Shown here one piece after another: positions 9,182-20,357 of a DNA stretch of 64,000 bases. Position 1 is the first letter of the stretch, and every line of letters starts with the position of its first letter. Where the stretch lies: assembly GCA_964291295.2 (NCBI GenBank), contig OZ219754.1, positions 1,120,001 through 1,184,000 on the forward strand, given 5' to 3'. Position numbers and translations under genes: made by a program. This DNA comes from an uncultured Candidatus Binatia bacterium (lineage in GTDB: Bacteria > Desulfobacterota > Binatia > UBA9968 > JAJDTQ01). Under the pieces are notes generated by a model. The model worked only from the letters and a program-made list of their open reading frames with translations. It ran no database searches and was not told the DNA's origin.

Positions 9182-10372
9182 ATGAGCAAGCTGACCGCCG
9201 TCATGTTGACCTTGTTCGTTTCGATGTCCGCGGGCGCGGCCTTCGGGGCCGACATCAAGCTGGGCGTCGTTTTCGGTTATACCGGCCCCATCGAGTCGCT
9301 GACCCCCAACATGCAGGCTGCTGCCGAGCTTGCGATCAAGGAGGTCAGTGACAGCGGCGCGTTGCTGGGCGGCCGGAAGGTCGTCTCCGTGCCGGCCGAC
9401 TCCACCTGCGTCGATACCGCGGCCGGTTCCGCGGCCACCGAGCGGATCGTGACCTCGGACAAGGTGAACGCCATTGTCGGCGGCGACTGCTCGGGTGTGA
9501 CCCTGGCCATGCTCGAGAACGTGGCCAAGCCCAACGGAATCGTCATGATCTCGCCGTCCGCCACTTCGCCGTCCCTGTCCACCGTCGAGGACAACGGTCT
9601 GTTTTTCCGGACCGCTCCTTCGGACGCGCGTCAGGGCCAGATCGTTGCCGCCATCCTGAAAGAGATGGGCATCGGCGAGGCGGCGCTGACATACACCAAC
9701 AATGACTACGGCAAGGGTCTGGCGGACCACATTGCCGCGAATGTGAAGGAGCACGGCGGCAAGCTCACGTTCGTTGCGCCCCATGAGGACGGCAAGGGCG
9801 ACTACAGTGCCGAGGTGGCGGCGCTGGCCGCGGCGGGCGGCGACATCCTGATCGTGGCAGGCTACCTGGACAAGGGCGGCAAGGGCATCATCCGGGGCGC
9901 CCTGGACACCGGGGCCTTCGACAGATTCTATCTGCCCGACGGCATGATCGGCGAAAAGCTGGTGGAGGAGTTCGGCAAGGATCTCGAGGGCGCCATCGGC
10001 GCCTATCCGGACAGCGACAGTCCGGGAGCGACCATGTTCGAGAAGCTCGCGGAGGCGGCCAGCCTCAAGGCCCACAGCCCGTTCGCGAAGGAATCGTATG
10101 ACGCCGCCGCCCTGATCATGCTGGCCATGCAGGCGGCCGGGTCAGCCGACAGCGGCAAGCTCAAGGACAAGGTCATGATGGTGGCCAACGCGCCGGGCGA
10201 GAAGATCTATCCGGGCCAACTGGCCAAGGCACTGGGGATCCTCGCGGACGGCGGCGACGTGGACTACGTGGGCGCGTCGGCGGTGGAACTGATCGGGCCG
10301 GGCGAGAGCGCCGGCAGCTATCGCCAGGTCGTCGTCAAGGACGGCAGGTTCGAGACGGTCAAGTTCTGGTAG
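9182..10372 (+). CDS. Branched-chain amino acid-type ABC transporter substrate-binding protein (cluster 1)
   Basis: Signal peptide; ISPSATSP, FFRTAPSD, NNDYGKG, YDAAA. Confidence 0.92.
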   Translation: MSKLTAVMLTLFVSMSAGAAFGADIKLGVVFGYTGPIESLTPNMQAAAELAIKEVSDSGALLGGRKVVSVPADSTCVDTAAGSAATERIVTSDKVNAIVGGDCSGVTLAMLENVAKPNGIVMISPSATSPSLSTVEDNGLFFRTAPSDARQGQIVAAILKEMGIGEAALTYTNNDYGKGLADHIAANVKEHGGKLTFVAPHEDGKGDYSAEVAALAAAGGDILIVAGYLDKGGKGIIRGALDTGAFDRFYLPDGMIGEKLVEEFGKDLEGAIGAYPDSDSPGATMFEKLAEAASLKAHSPFAKESYDAAALIMLAMQAAGSADSGKLKDKVMMVANAPGEKIYPGQLAKALGILADGGDVDYVGASAVELIGPGESAGSYRQVVVKDGRFETVKFW

Positions 10373-10511
10373 CCACGGTAGCGGGCGGGCGGATGCGATC
10401 CCGGACCTGTCGTTCGCGCATGCGCCGGAACGATGTGCGCGCGCATCCGCCGGAGGCTGCGGGCAGGCGATTCCCGCCGCTTCCGGCGGGCTGACGGAAC
10501 GCCACGCGTCG

Positions 10512-11287
<776 letters not shown>

Positions 11288-11291
<4 letters not shown>

Positions 11292-11992
11292 GCCTGCTGG
11301 TGGGCGAGGCGCTGACCGGGGGCTATGGCGGCCCGGACATCCTGCATGGCTGCGCCATTGCCGCGGAGCGTGGAGATATCACCGTGGTGGTGGGTCCCAA
11401 CGGCGCCGGCAAGTCCACCGCCATGCGAGCCCTCTTCGGCATGCTGCGGCTTCGCTCGGGGACGGTGCATCTGGATGACGAGGACATCACCGCGCTGGCA
11501 CCCCAGGCCCGGGCGCGCCGCGGCATGGGTTTCGTTCCACAGACCGACAACGTGTTCCGCTCCATGACGGTCCAGGAGAATCTGGAGATGGGCGCCTTCG
11601 TCCGCAAGGACGACATCTCGGGCACCCTCGCCGAGGTCTACAGTCTGTTCCCGGTGCTCCGGGAGCGGCGCCGTCAGCCCGCCGGCGAGCTGTCCGGGGG
11701 CCAGCGCCAGCAGGTGGCCATCGGCCGGGCGCTGATGAACCGCCCCCGCGTGCTCATGCTTGACGAGCCCACCGCCGGCGTGTCGCCCATCGTCACCCGC
11801 GAGCTTTTCGAACGGATCATCGACATTGCCCGGAGCGGCGTCGCCGTCCTCATCGTCGAGCAGAACGCGCGCCAGGCGCTGGAGCTGGCGGACAAGGGTT
11901 ACGTACTGGTGCAGGGCCGGAACCGCTTCACCGGCACCGGGGCGTTGCTGCTGGCCAATCCGGAGGTCCGGCAGTCGTTTCTCAGAGGGTGA
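11288..11992 (+). CDS. livF: ABC transporter ATP-binding protein, LivF-like
   Basis: ATGA overlap with previous gene; GPNGAGKST, LSGGQRQ, LDEPT, VEQN. Confidence 0.9.
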
Positions 11993-11995
11993 CCG

Positions 11996-13009
11996 TTGCA
12001 GGACATCTTCAACGCGGTCGTGCTCCTCGCCAACTTCCTGGTGGTTCCCGCCACCGCCTACGGCTGCCAGCTCGCCCTCGGTGCGCTCGGCGTCACCCTG
12101 GTGTACGGCGTCCTTCGCTTCTCCAATTTCGCCCACGGTGAGATCATGGCCTTCGGTGCCATGGCCACCATCCTCGTCACCTGGCTGCTGCAGTCCTGGG
12201 GCGTGGGCCTCGGGCCGCTGCCCACGGCGCTGCTGGCGTTGCCCGCGGGGATGGCGGCGACCGTCGGCCTCTGTCTCCTGACGGACCGCTGGGTATTCCG
12301 TTTCTACCGGCGCACCAAGGCGCCGCCGGTGATCCTGCTGGTGGCGTCCGTGGGGGTCATGTTCGTCATCAACGGGCTCATCCGTTTCGTCATCGGCCCC
12401 GAGGACAGGGTGTTCACCGACGGCAGCCGCTTCCTGCTCACGGTGCGGGAGTTCAAGGCCCTCACCGGGCTGGCCGAGGGACTCGCCCTCAAGACCACCC
12501 AGGTTCTCAGCATGGTGGTGGCGGTGGTGCTGGTGGCGGCGCTCTTCTGGTTCCTTGAAAGGACCCGCACCGGCAAGTCCATGCGCGCCTACTCGGACAA
12601 CGAGGATCTCGCCCTGCTGTCCGGGGTGAGCCCGGAACGGGTGGTGGCGGTCACCTGGCTCATCGTCGGCGCCCTCGCGGCGGTGGCGGGAACGCTCTAC
12701 AGCCTCGACAAGAGCTTCGCCCCGTTCACCTTTCTGGGGCTGCTCCTGCCCGTATTCGCGGCCGCCATCGTGGGAGGCCTCGGCAATCCCCTGGGCGCCA
12801 TCGTGGGCGGCTTCGTGGTGGCCTTCTCCGAAGTGTTCCTCACCTATCCCTACCGGAAGTTCCTGGCCTACCTGGGGCCGGAGGGCTGGCGCCCGGACGG
12901 ATTGGTGCAGTTCCTCTCCACCGACTACAAGTTCGCGGTGTCGTTTTTCATCCTGGTGGTGGTGCTGCTGATGAAGCCCACCGGGATCTTCAGCGGGAAG
13001 TCGTCATGA
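11996..13009 (+). CDS. livH: BCAA-type ABC transporter permease, LivH-like
   Basis: ALGALGVTLVYGVLRFSNFAHGE; TRTGKSMRA; IVGGLG. Confidence 0.9.
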   Translation: MQDIFNAVVLLANFLVVPATAYGCQLALGALGVTLVYGVLRFSNFAHGEIMAFGAMATILVTWLLQSWGVGLGPLPTALLALPAGMAATVGLCLLTDRWVFRFYRRTKAPPVILLVASVGVMFVINGLIRFVIGPEDRVFTDGSRFLLTVREFKALTGLAEGLALKTTQVLSMVVAVVLVAALFWFLERTRTGKSMRAYSDNEDLALLSGVSPERVVAVTWLIVGALAAVAGTLYSLDKSFAPFTFLGLLLPVFAAAIVGGLGNPLGAIVGGFVVAFSEVFLTYPYRKFLAYLGPEGWRPDGLVQFLSTDYKFAVSFFILVVVLLMKPTGIFSGKSS

Positions 13010-14358
13010 GCGGTGCTGCCGCACCCCTGCTCGCGTGCATCGGCCGGCTGCCGCGGGTTCCCCGCAAGCCGCTCCTGTTCAGCATCATGGCGGTCCTGCT
13101 CTGCCTCGTGGGGGCGGTCCAGAGCTGGTCTCTGGCGCTGGCGATCCTGAACCTGTGCCTGATCTCGGCCATCATGTCCCTGGGTGTGAACATGCAGTGG
13201 GGCTACGCCGGTCTGTTCAACTCCGGGGTCATGGGCTTCGCCGCCCTGGGTGGGCTGGCGGGGGTGCTGATGGCCATGCCGCCGGTGGCGGCCGCCTGGC
13301 GGGTGGGCGGCGCGGGCGTGGTGCTGGCGCTGGCGTTGGCGCTTCTCACCCTGGTGGCGGCGATGCGCGTCCGCCGGCGGGTGTGCCACCCGGGCTGGCG
13401 CAAGTTCGGCGTGGCGGTGGTGGTGGCGGCGGGCTACTTCGCGGCCCGGGCGCTGTTCGAGCCCGCGGTGCGCGCCATTGAGGCGGTGGAGCCGTCCGTG
13501 ACCGGCTACCTCGGCGGTTTCGGCCTGCCCATCGTCCTGTCCTGGCTCGCGGGCGGGGCGCTGGCCGCGGGCGCGGCCTGGGCCGCCGGAAGGCTCAGTC
13601 TCGGGCTGCGCGCCGACTATCTCGCCATCGCCACCCTGGGCATTTCCGAGATCGTCGTCGCCTTCCTGAAGTACGAGGAATGGCTGGCCCGGGGAGTCAA
13701 GAACGTCACCGGGCTGCCGCGTCCGGTGCCCTACGAGGTGGACCTGCAGGGCGCCGTGTGGTTCCAGTCCTGGGCGGCAAGCCTGAGCGTGTCGCCGGTG
13801 GACCTGTCGTCCATCGTGGTGAAGCTCTGCTACGCCAGCCTGTTCATCGTGGTGCTGGCGATACTGATGTGGCTCGCGGAAGCGGCGCTGCGGGCGCCTT
13901 GGGGACGGATGATGCGCGCCATCCGGGACAACGAGGTCGCGGCCGAGGCCATGGGCAAGGATGTCACCGCCCGACACCTCCAGATCTTCGTGCTCGGCTC
14001 GGCGGTGGTGGGCATCGCCGGCGCGATGCTGGTTACCCTGGACGGGCAGTTCACGCCCAACACCTATCAACCGCTGCGCTTCACCTTTCTCATCTGGGTC
14101 ATGGTCATCGTCGGCGGCTCCGGCAACAACTGGGGCGCCGCGCTCGGCGGCTTCGTGGTATGGTACGTCTGGGTGGAAGCCGAACCTGCGGGCCTGTGGC
14201 TGATGGCGCTCATCACCTCTCCGCTGTCCCCCGAGAACCCCGTCAGGATGCACCTGGTGGAGAGCGCCGCCCACATGCGCCACGTGGTCATGGGGCTGGT
14301 GCTGCTGCTGGTCCTGCGCTTCGCGCCCCGCGGACTGATTCCGGAAGAACGGCGTTAG
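13006..14358 (+). CDS. livM: BCAA-type ABC transporter permease, LivM-like
   Basis: NMQWGYAGLFN, LRADYLAIATLG, WGRMMRAIRDNE, PRGL. Confidence 0.9.
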   Translation: MSGAAAPLLACIGRLPRVPRKPLLFSIMAVLLCLVGAVQSWSLALAILNLCLISAIMSLGVNMQWGYAGLFNSGVMGFAALGGLAGVLMAMPPVAAAWRVGGAGVVLALALALLTLVAAMRVRRRVCHPGWRKFGVAVVVAAGYFAARALFEPAVRAIEAVEPSVTGYLGGFGLPIVLSWLAGGALAAGAAWAAGRLSLGLRADYLAIATLGISEIVVAFLKYEEWLARGVKNVTGLPRPVPYEVDLQGAVWFQSWAASLSVSPVDLSSIVVKLCYASLFIVVLAILMWLAEAALRAPWGRMMRAIRDNEVAAEAMGKDVTARHLQIFVLGSAVVGIAGAMLVTLDGQFTPNTYQPLRFTFLIWVMVIVGGSGNNWGAALGGFVVWYVWVEAEPAGLWLMALITSPLSPENPVRMHLVESAAHMRHVVMGLVLLLVLRFAPRGLIPEERR

Positions 14359-14678
14359 CGACGGCATGGCATCCAGCCTGGGTCACGGCTCGTGTCCCGG
14401 CAAGGAGACACGCATGACTCTGCGCGACACCCTCTTGTGGACACGGCCGTCTCCATTCCACGAGTACGACGGGGAGAACGACGAGGATCGCCACGCGCGA
14501 GAATCCATGCGGTACAGGCCCCTGGCGCGATTTCTGTTGCTCGTCAGTGACTCTTGCGCGGGAGTCCGAAACGGGAAATGTGCGGACCGGGGAGAGATGA
14601 AAGTTGAAAAACCCGTTGTTCCGCGAAGGCAACGGTGGTAGGGTGCCCGTATTTCAAGCCACTGGAAGGAGGCAAGCC

Positions 14679-15848
14679 ATGAAGCTGAGAGCGCGGTTTA
14701 CGTTGATGATCGGGGCCGTCGCCCTGTTCGCCCTGTCCACGGGCATTTCGGCCCAGACCGTCAAGGTCGGCCTCAACATTCCGCTGACCGGCGACATTCC
14801 CAAGGTCGGCGAGGGTTCCAAGTTCGCGGCCCAGATGTGGCTTGCCGACGTGAACGGCGCCGGCGGCCTTGAGGTCGGGGGCAAGAAACACCAGGTGGAG
14901 TTGGTCATCGAGGACAACGAGTCCAAGGCCGAGTCCGCGGTGAAGGCCAACACCAAGCTGATCACCGAGGACGAGGTGCTGGTCATCGTCGGCCCGCAGT
15001 CCTCCAAGCAGGCGGTTCCCGCGGGCGGCGTGGCGCAGGATCGCGCGACGCCGATGATCAGTCCGTGGTCCACCAACCCCAACACCACCAAGGATCGCCC
15101 GTACGTCTTCCGCGCGCCGTTCCTGGATCCGTTCCAGGGGCCGGTGTTGGCGAACTTCATCACCGATGAGTTCAAGTTCACCAAGGCGGCGGTGCTCTAC
15201 GACCAGGCCAGCGACTATCCGAAAGGACTGGCGGAGTTCTTCAAGGGGGCTTGGGAGAAGCTCCACGGCGGCGGTTCGGTGGTGGCCTACGAGAGCTTCA
15301 CCACCAAGGACACGGACTTCAGTTCCCAGCTCACCAAGATACGCAACTCGGGCGCCCAGGTGCTGTTCACGCCCCAGTACTACAACGAGGTGGCGTTGAT
15401 CGTGCAGCAGTCGCGTCAACTCGGCCTGAAGGCCCCCATCGTGGGCAGCGACAGCTGGGGTTCGGCCGAGACGGTGGAACTCTGCGGCAAGGACTGCCAC
15501 GGGGCTTTCTTCAGCACCCACTACGCGGCCGCCGGCGCCACCGGCGCGACCAAGGCGTTCATCGACCGTTACAACAAGGAGTACGGCTACGTACCCGACG
15601 ACGTGGCCGCCCTGACCTGGGACTCTCTGCGCATCGTTGCCACCGCCATCAAGGCCACCGGCGGGCTCACCGGCGACATCCGGAAGGACCGCGAGAACGT
15701 GAAGAACGCCATGGCCGGGATCAAGAAGTTCGCCGGCATCACCGGGAGCATGGCCTTCACGCCGGAGGGCGACCCCGTCAAGTGCGCCGTCATCGTCCGC
15801 ATCAGCGACAAGGGACAGTTCGAGTTCTACAAGTCCGTATGCCCGTAA
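14679..15848 (+). CDS. BCAA-type ABC transporter substrate-binding protein (cluster 2)
   Basis: AGGAGG RBS; signal peptide; PLTG, STNPNTT, VFRAPFLDPFQG, DFSSQLTKI, GITG. Confidence 0.92.
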   Translation: MKLRARFTLMIGAVALFALSTGISAQTVKVGLNIPLTGDIPKVGEGSKFAAQMWLADVNGAGGLEVGGKKHQVELVIEDNESKAESAVKANTKLITEDEVLVIVGPQSSKQAVPAGGVAQDRATPMISPWSTNPNTTKDRPYVFRAPFLDPFQGPVLANFITDEFKFTKAAVLYDQASDYPKGLAEFFKGAWEKLHGGGSVVAYESFTTKDTDFSSQLTKIRNSGAQVLFTPQYYNEVALIVQQSRQLGLKAPIVGSDSWGSAETVELCGKDCHGAFFSTHYAAAGATGATKAFIDRYNKEYGYVPDDVAALTWDSLRIVATAIKATGGLTGDIRKDRENVKNAMAGIKKFAGITGSMAFTPEGDPVKCAVIVRISDKGQFEFYKSVCP

Positions 15849-15982
15849 GCCCGACGGCCGGCCTGCGCGCGTCTGCGGTACCCCGCGCGTAGCGGCCCGG
15901 GTTCGGTTTCGGCAAGGCGAGTCGGGGACAGGGAGTCCCGGCTCGCCTTCCCGAAAGTTCGTGCGGGAAAAGACGGAAACGC

Positions 15983-16906
15983 ATGGCGCTGTTTCTCCAG
16001 AACCTGGTGAACGCCCTGCAATGGGGGAGCTTTTATGCCCTCATCGCCTTGGGCTACTCCATGGTCTACAGCATCCTGATGCTGTTCAACTTCGCCCACG
16101 GCGACATCTTCATGGTGGGCGCCTACATCGGCGTCGGCGTTGCCGCCGTTCTCATCGCCATGGCCGCCCAGGGCGCCTTGGCGCTGCCGCCGTGGCTGAT
16201 CCTGATCCTGACCATCCTGTTCGCCATGGTGCTCACGTCGTTCGTCGGCATGCTGGTGGAGCGGATCGGCTACCGCCCGCTGCGGTCCGCGCCGCGGGCC
16301 TCCGCCGCCATCACCGGTCTGATGATCGGCATCATCCTGGAGACGGGCAATCTGGCCCTGCTCGGGGCCAGGCGGGTGCGCTTCCCCTCCCTCATCGATA
16401 CCACGGTCTACGAACTGGGCGGTGTCTTCATCACCAACACCAAGATCATCATCGTGGTCGTGGCCCTGCTGCTGGCGACGGCCATGCACCTGTTCGTCCG
16501 CAAGACCCGGTGGGGCCTGGCGATGCGGGCCATGGCGTTCGACTATGTGGCGGTGCCGTTGATGGGCGTCTCGGTCAACACCATCGCGGCGCTGACCTTC
16601 GCGCTGGGCTCGGCGCTGGCGGCGGCGGCGGGGATACTCTACGCCCTGGCCTATCCGGTCCTGGATCCCTACATGGGCATCCTGTTCGGCTGGAAGGCGT
16701 TCGTGGCGGCGATCCTGGGCGGGCGGGGCTCGATCATGGGGGCCACGCTGGCGGGCTTCCTGCTCGGTTTCATCGAAATCTTCGTGGCCATGATCTTCCC
16801 TTCCAGCCTGCGCGACCTGATCGCCTACTCCATCGTGCTGCTGATCCTCATCGTCCGGCCGCACGGCTTTTTCGGCGAACCGTACAGCGCCCGTCTGAGG
16901 CTCTGA
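15983..16906 (+). CDS. livH: BCAA-type ABC transporter permease, LivH-like
   Basis: YALIALGYSMVYSILMLFNFAHGD; KAFVAAILGG. Confidence 0.92.
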   Translation: MALFLQNLVNALQWGSFYALIALGYSMVYSILMLFNFAHGDIFMVGAYIGVGVAAVLIAMAAQGALALPPWLILILTILFAMVLTSFVGMLVERIGYRPLRSAPRASAAITGLMIGIILETGNLALLGARRVRFPSLIDTTVYELGGVFITNTKIIIVVVALLLATAMHLFVRKTRWGLAMRAMAFDYVAVPLMGVSVNTIAALTFALGSALAAAAGILYALAYPVLDPYMGILFGWKAFVAAILGGRGSIMGATLAGFLLGFIEIFVAMIFPSSLRDLIAYSIVLLILIVRPHGFFGEPYSARLRL

Positions 16907-16915
16907 GCGTTCGGC

Positions 16916-18202
16916 ATGGATATGGCTGGAACGATACGCGAGTTCTCGCGGGTGCCGCTCCTGGGGTGGCTGGCTGCCGGGTTCGTGGCGGTGTTGCTGG
17001 AGATCCTGGCGGGGACGCCTCTGGCCCTGTCCCTGGGCCTGCCCAAGATACCGGTCCTGTTCGGCGTGGTGGTGGCGCTCAAGAAGCCCCTGCTGTTTCC
17101 CGGCGCGGCGGTGTACGTGCTGCTGATCTACGCCGTGCCCATCGCGGTGGTCGCCCGCTTCACCCGCGGTCTCGCCAACCGGGCCGCGGGCCGGCTGCTG
17201 GCCTTTCCGTTGCCGGTGTCCGCGGCCGTTCACCTGGGCCTTTTCTACCTCACCCTCGAGATGTGGTCCGGCTTGAGCGACTACCGGGACCTGGTACTCC
17301 GCTTCACCCTGATCGCGGTGATCGTCACCCTGAGCCTCAACGTGATCAACGGCTACATGGGCGAGTTCTCGTGTTCCCATCCCGGCTTCATGGCGGTGGG
17401 CGCCTACGTGGCGTCGGTCCTGACCATCGACCTGTTCACCAACCACCGGGTCTTCGGCGCCGCCCTGCTGCCGGCGGCCGCGGGGCCGCTGATCTTCCCG
17501 CTGATCCTCGTCGCCGGCGGCCTGGTGTCGGCGGTCGCCGCCCTGGTGGTGGCGATCCCCTCGTTCAGGACCCGGGGCGACTACCTGGCCATCATCTCGC
17601 TGGCGTTCATGTTCATCATCAAGAGCCTGATCGAGAACCTGGATGTGGTGGGCGGGGCGCGCGGCCTGGGCGGCCAGCCGGACTGGGCCGGTCTGCCCAC
17701 GGTGTTCCTGTGGACGGTGGCCTGCGTCTGGGTCATCAACAATTTCGTGCGCTCGACCCTGGGCAAGGCGCTCAACGCGGTGCGGGACAACGAGATGGCG
17801 GCCACCGCCATGACCGTCGACACGCGCTACACCAAGATGGTGGGCTTCCTGTTCGCCGCCTTCTGGGCCGGGGTCGCCGGCGGCCTCTTCGCCCATGTGC
17901 TGCGCTACGTCAACCCGGGCACCTTCGGCATCCAGAAGCTGGCGGAGGTGCTGGCCATGGTCTATTTCGGCGGGCTGAACTCGGTCTACGGCTCCATTGT
18001 CGGCGCCGTCGGCATCAGTCTGCTCGGGGAAGTCCTGCGCCCGCTCGAAATCTTCAAGTGGATCATCATCCCGCTGCTGTTGATCCTGGTGATGATCTAC
18101 CGGCCCACCGGCCTCATCGCCTTCAGGGACTTCGATGTCGGGGCCATCCTCAAACCGAAATCGGAACCGGAAAGGGATCACCATGCCCTTCCTGAAGGTT
18201 GA
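16916..18202 (+). CDS. livM: BCAA-type ABC transporter permease, LivM-like
   Basis: SLNVINGYMGEFS, RGDYLAI, AVRDNE, RPTGL. Confidence 0.9.
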   Translation: MDMAGTIREFSRVPLLGWLAAGFVAVLLEILAGTPLALSLGLPKIPVLFGVVVALKKPLLFPGAAVYVLLIYAVPIAVVARFTRGLANRAAGRLLAFPLPVSAAVHLGLFYLTLEMWSGLSDYRDLVLRFTLIAVIVTLSLNVINGYMGEFSCSHPGFMAVGAYVASVLTIDLFTNHRVFGAALLPAAAGPLIFPLILVAGGLVSAVAALVVAIPSFRTRGDYLAIISLAFMFIIKSLIENLDVVGGARGLGGQPDWAGLPTVFLWTVACVWVINNFVRSTLGKALNAVRDNEMAATAMTVDTRYTKMVGFLFAAFWAGVAGGLFAHVLRYVNPGTFGIQKLAEVLAMVYFGGLNSVYGSIVGAVGISLLGEVLRPLEIFKWIIIPLLLILVMIYRPTGLIAFRDFDVGAILKPKSEPERDHHALPEG

Positions 18203-18950
18203 TCACATCACGCACCAGTTCGGCGGCCTGCGGGCGGTCCACGACTACGAGCTGTCCATCGAGCCCGGCCAGATCCGCGGGCTCATCGGACCCAACGGCG
18301 CCGGCAAGACCACGATCTTCAACCTCATCACCGGCATCTACAACCCCACGCACGGCCGCATCTGGCTTGACGGCGACATGATCTGCGGCCTGCCGCCCCA
18401 CCGCATCGCCTCCATGGGCATCGGCAGGACCTTCCAGAACCTGCTGCTCTGGCGCCACATGAACGTCCTGGAGCATGTCAAGATGGCGCGCTACTCCCGG
18501 ATCGGCTACGGTCTCCTCGGGGCATGCCTCGGCACTCCGAGGCGGCACCGGGAAGAGCGCGAGATAGAAGAGAAGGCCCTGGCCCTGCTGGAGATGCTGG
18601 ATATCCGCCACCTGGCGCACCAGGCCGTCCCCAACCTGCCCTACGGCGCCCAGCGCAGGGTCGAGATGGCCCGGGCCCTGGCCACCGAGCCCCGGCTGCT
18701 GCTGCTGGACGAACCCACCGCCGGCATGAATCCGGACGAGCTGGTGCAGATCATGGAGATCATCCGGAGGGTGCACCGGGAACTGGGCTTGGCGATCCTC
18801 CTGATCGAACACCGGATGCGATTCGTCATGGAACTGTGCGAGCGGATCCAGACGCTGGATTTCGGCGAAGTGATCGCGGAGGGGACGCCGGAGGAGATCC
18901 AGCACAACCCCAGGGTCATCGAAGCCTACCTGGGCGCCGGCATCGAGTGA
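18183..18950 (+). CDS. livG: ABC transporter ATP-binding protein, LivG-like
   Basis: FGGLRAV, GPNGAGKTT, RTFQN, LPYGAQRRVE, LDEP, IEAYLG. Confidence 0.92.
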   Translation: MPFLKVDHITHQFGGLRAVHDYELSIEPGQIRGLIGPNGAGKTTIFNLITGIYNPTHGRIWLDGDMICGLPPHRIASMGIGRTFQNLLLWRHMNVLEHVKMARYSRIGYGLLGACLGTPRRHREEREIEEKALALLEMLDIRHLAHQAVPNLPYGAQRRVEMARALATEPRLLLLDEPTAGMNPDELVQIMEIIRRVHRELGLAILLIEHRMRFVMELCERIQTLDFGEVIAEGTPEEIQHNPRVIEAYLGAGIE

Positions 18951-18955
18951 AGCCG

Positions 18956-19666
18956 ATGTTGTTGTCCGTCGAAAACCTGCGCGTCTCCTACGACCGGATC
19001 CGTGCCCTCCAGGGGATCGGCTTCGAGATCGACGAGGGCGAGATCGTCTGCATCATCGGCGCCAACGGGGCGGGCAAGAGCACCACGCTGCTGGCCATCT
19101 CGCGCATGGTGGCGGTGGAGGCGGGCACCCGCATGACCTGCATGGGCAAGGATCTGCTCGGATTCTCCGCCGACAAGGTGGTGAGCCAACTGGCGATCTC
19201 CCACGTGCCGGAGGGGCGACGGCTGTTCGACAACCTCACGGTGATGGAGAATCTGAGGCTGTCCTGCTTCGCCCGCCGGGACGACGGCATCAAGCGGGAC
19301 ATCGACCGGGTCCTCGCCATTTTCCCGCGGCTCGCGGAGCGGGAACATCAGAAGGCCGGAACGTTGAGCGGCGGCGAGCAGCAGATGCTGGCCGTGGGCC
19401 GGGCTTTCATGAGCGGGCGCAGGCTCATGCTGCTGGACGAGCCTTCCATGGGACTGGCCCCGCTGATGATGAAGACCGTGTTCGACGCCCTCCGGGAGAT
19501 CAACCGTGAAGGCACCACCATCCTTCTGGTGGAACAGAACGCGCAACTGGCGCTGCGCTTCGCCAGCAGGGGATACGTGCTGGAAAACGGCAACCTGGTG
19601 CTCGAAGGCAGGTCCGGGGACCTTCTCGCCGATCCCGGAGTCAAGCAGGCCTACCTGGGCGGCTGA
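18956..19666 (+). CDS. livF: ABC transporter ATP-binding protein, LivF-like
   Basis: GANGAGKST, VPEGRRLF, LSGGEQQM, LDEPSMGLAP, VEQNA. Confidence 0.92.
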   Translation: MLLSVENLRVSYDRIRALQGIGFEIDEGEIVCIIGANGAGKSTTLLAISRMVAVEAGTRMTCMGKDLLGFSADKVVSQLAISHVPEGRRLFDNLTVMENLRLSCFARRDDGIKRDIDRVLAIFPRLAEREHQKAGTLSGGEQQMLAVGRAFMSGRRLMLLDEPSMGLAPLMMKTVFDALREINREGTTILLVEQNAQLALRFASRGYVLENGNLVLEGRSGDLLADPGVKQAYLGG

Positions 19667-19766
19667 CAAGGCCGCCGCCCGACCCTGCAGCCGCCGCCGG
19701 AAGCCTCTGCTCCCGCACCACGCCCGGGGAAGACCCGAACAAGGCGAGTCTGTCTGGTGGCAAAGA

Positions 19767-20357
19767 ATGGCAATGGCCGGAAAGACAAGGGGCGGAACAC
19801 GACCCTCGGGCATCCCCGCGCAGGCCACGGACACCGATTCCATTATCTCCCGGGCGGCGCCGCCGCCGGAACGCGGCCACCAAGGGCCTTTCGCTCCGGT
19901 CGGGACCGATACCGACTCTCTGGCGCGCCGCCAAGGGCGGCTCCTGGGGGCGTTCGGCTCGCGGCAGGCGGTGGCCCGGCACGCCGAGGGTCTGGGGCTG
20001 TCCGCGGACGCCTGGTTGGCGAGGTTCGGCGATGTCCGGCTGGAGGGGCCGGCTCCGGACTGGGGATGCGCCTTTCGGGAACTCCATGACAGATTGGCCG
20101 ATACCGAGAGGCCCTTTGCCGCCGTCTATCCGTGGGCGCGGGGCTGTGTCGAGGGGGCATGGCCCGACGGTCTGCCCCACGACGCCAGTGCGCTGGATGG
20201 GCCCATTGCCCATCTCGAATGGCGTTTTCGCGCGGTCCTGTTGCAGACCATGCGGTACGAGGCGCGATTGGGCGCGGCGGGAACCACTTGGGCGGCGCGG
20301 TTCGCGCGCAGTCCCGCGCTGGCCTACGCGTTGGGCCGCACGATGGCGGACTGGCGT
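19767..20357 (+). pseudogene. N-terminal remnant of a probable class II lanthipeptide synthetase (LanM-like)
   Basis: Motif order IISRA..ER, GL, VRL..PAPDW, RPF, QT..YE, F..SPALAYALGRTMADW matches the recalled N-terminal region of LanM proteins. The frame then runs into antisense TolC sequence. Confidence 0.55.
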